A DNA stretch of 47,472 bases from Patescibacteria group bacterium (GTDB taxonomy: Bacteria; Patescibacteriota; Minisyncoccia; Phycocordibacterales; UBA9973). The notes beneath the pieces are model-generated. The model made no database searches and was not told the DNA's origin. It was given only the letters and a program-made list of their open reading frames with translations. Within the stretch, counting starts at the first letter, position 1. Every line of letters begins with the position of its first letter. The translations under genes and the position numbers were made by a program. Of this stretch, positions 47,409 through 47,472 are shown piece by piece. The DNA lies in assembly GCA_038061925.1 (NCBI GenBank), contig JBBTYD010000015.1:1-47472 (forward strand), in the 5' to 3' direction.

Positions 47409-47472
47409 TTAAGGCAAAAGCAGGTTCATCTTCTTCTTCGTCTTAGCGCCAATGAGACCGTCGGAGATCAGT
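47409..47472 (-). CDS. C-terminal end of a peptidoglycan-binding-domain protein (partial)
   Basis: LISDGLIGAKTKKKMNLLLP-stop fits the PG_binding_1 pattern L..DG..G..T. Confidence 0.55.
   Translation of the reverse strand, partial: LISDGLIGAKTKKKMNLLLP

Noticed and set aside
1-47472. Genetic code 25 (TGA=Gly), rRNA or tRNA genes
   Set aside because: TGA terminates clear genes (purL, scpA, pepN, yerC); no rRNA or tRNA signatures were seen by eye.

Overview
AT-rich bacterial chromosomal segment using genetic code 11 (TGA stops). Gene content looks like Patescibacteria/CPR, probably Parcubacteria (inference). In order: MvaI/BcnI-type RM pair; purL-purQ-purN-purD; M15 carboxypeptidase; scpAB; M1 aminopeptidase; truncated nitroreductase; YerC/HisR + hisI; EamA, riboflavin kinase, aspS; trpS-trpR with a downstream unknown operon; dnaB, recR, rplU, cysS; a grpE...dnaK...dnaJ locus interleaved with two DUF87/TraD-like ATPases and four Cys-rich repeat paralogs; the infA-rpsM-rpoA-rpsI ribosomal cluster; prfA, rpmE. 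Main observations: (1) the YerC/HisR repressor ORF ends in His-His-His codons and appears to double as the leader peptide of a His attenuator in front of hisI, with tandem operators over its own promoter; (2) a TrpR-like operator plus a Trp leader-peptide attenuator controls a small membrane protein and an ATP-grasp-like protein rather than trp biosynthesis genes, and the same 25-bp operator recurs before a Cys-rich paralog; (3) the Cys-rich array has near-identical DNA ends, two unannotated gene stubs and a 21-bp palindrome 3' of family stop codons, suggesting cassette turnover; (4) many small palindromic elements sit in-frame inside core proteins. All RNA pairings were worked out by eye, not computed.
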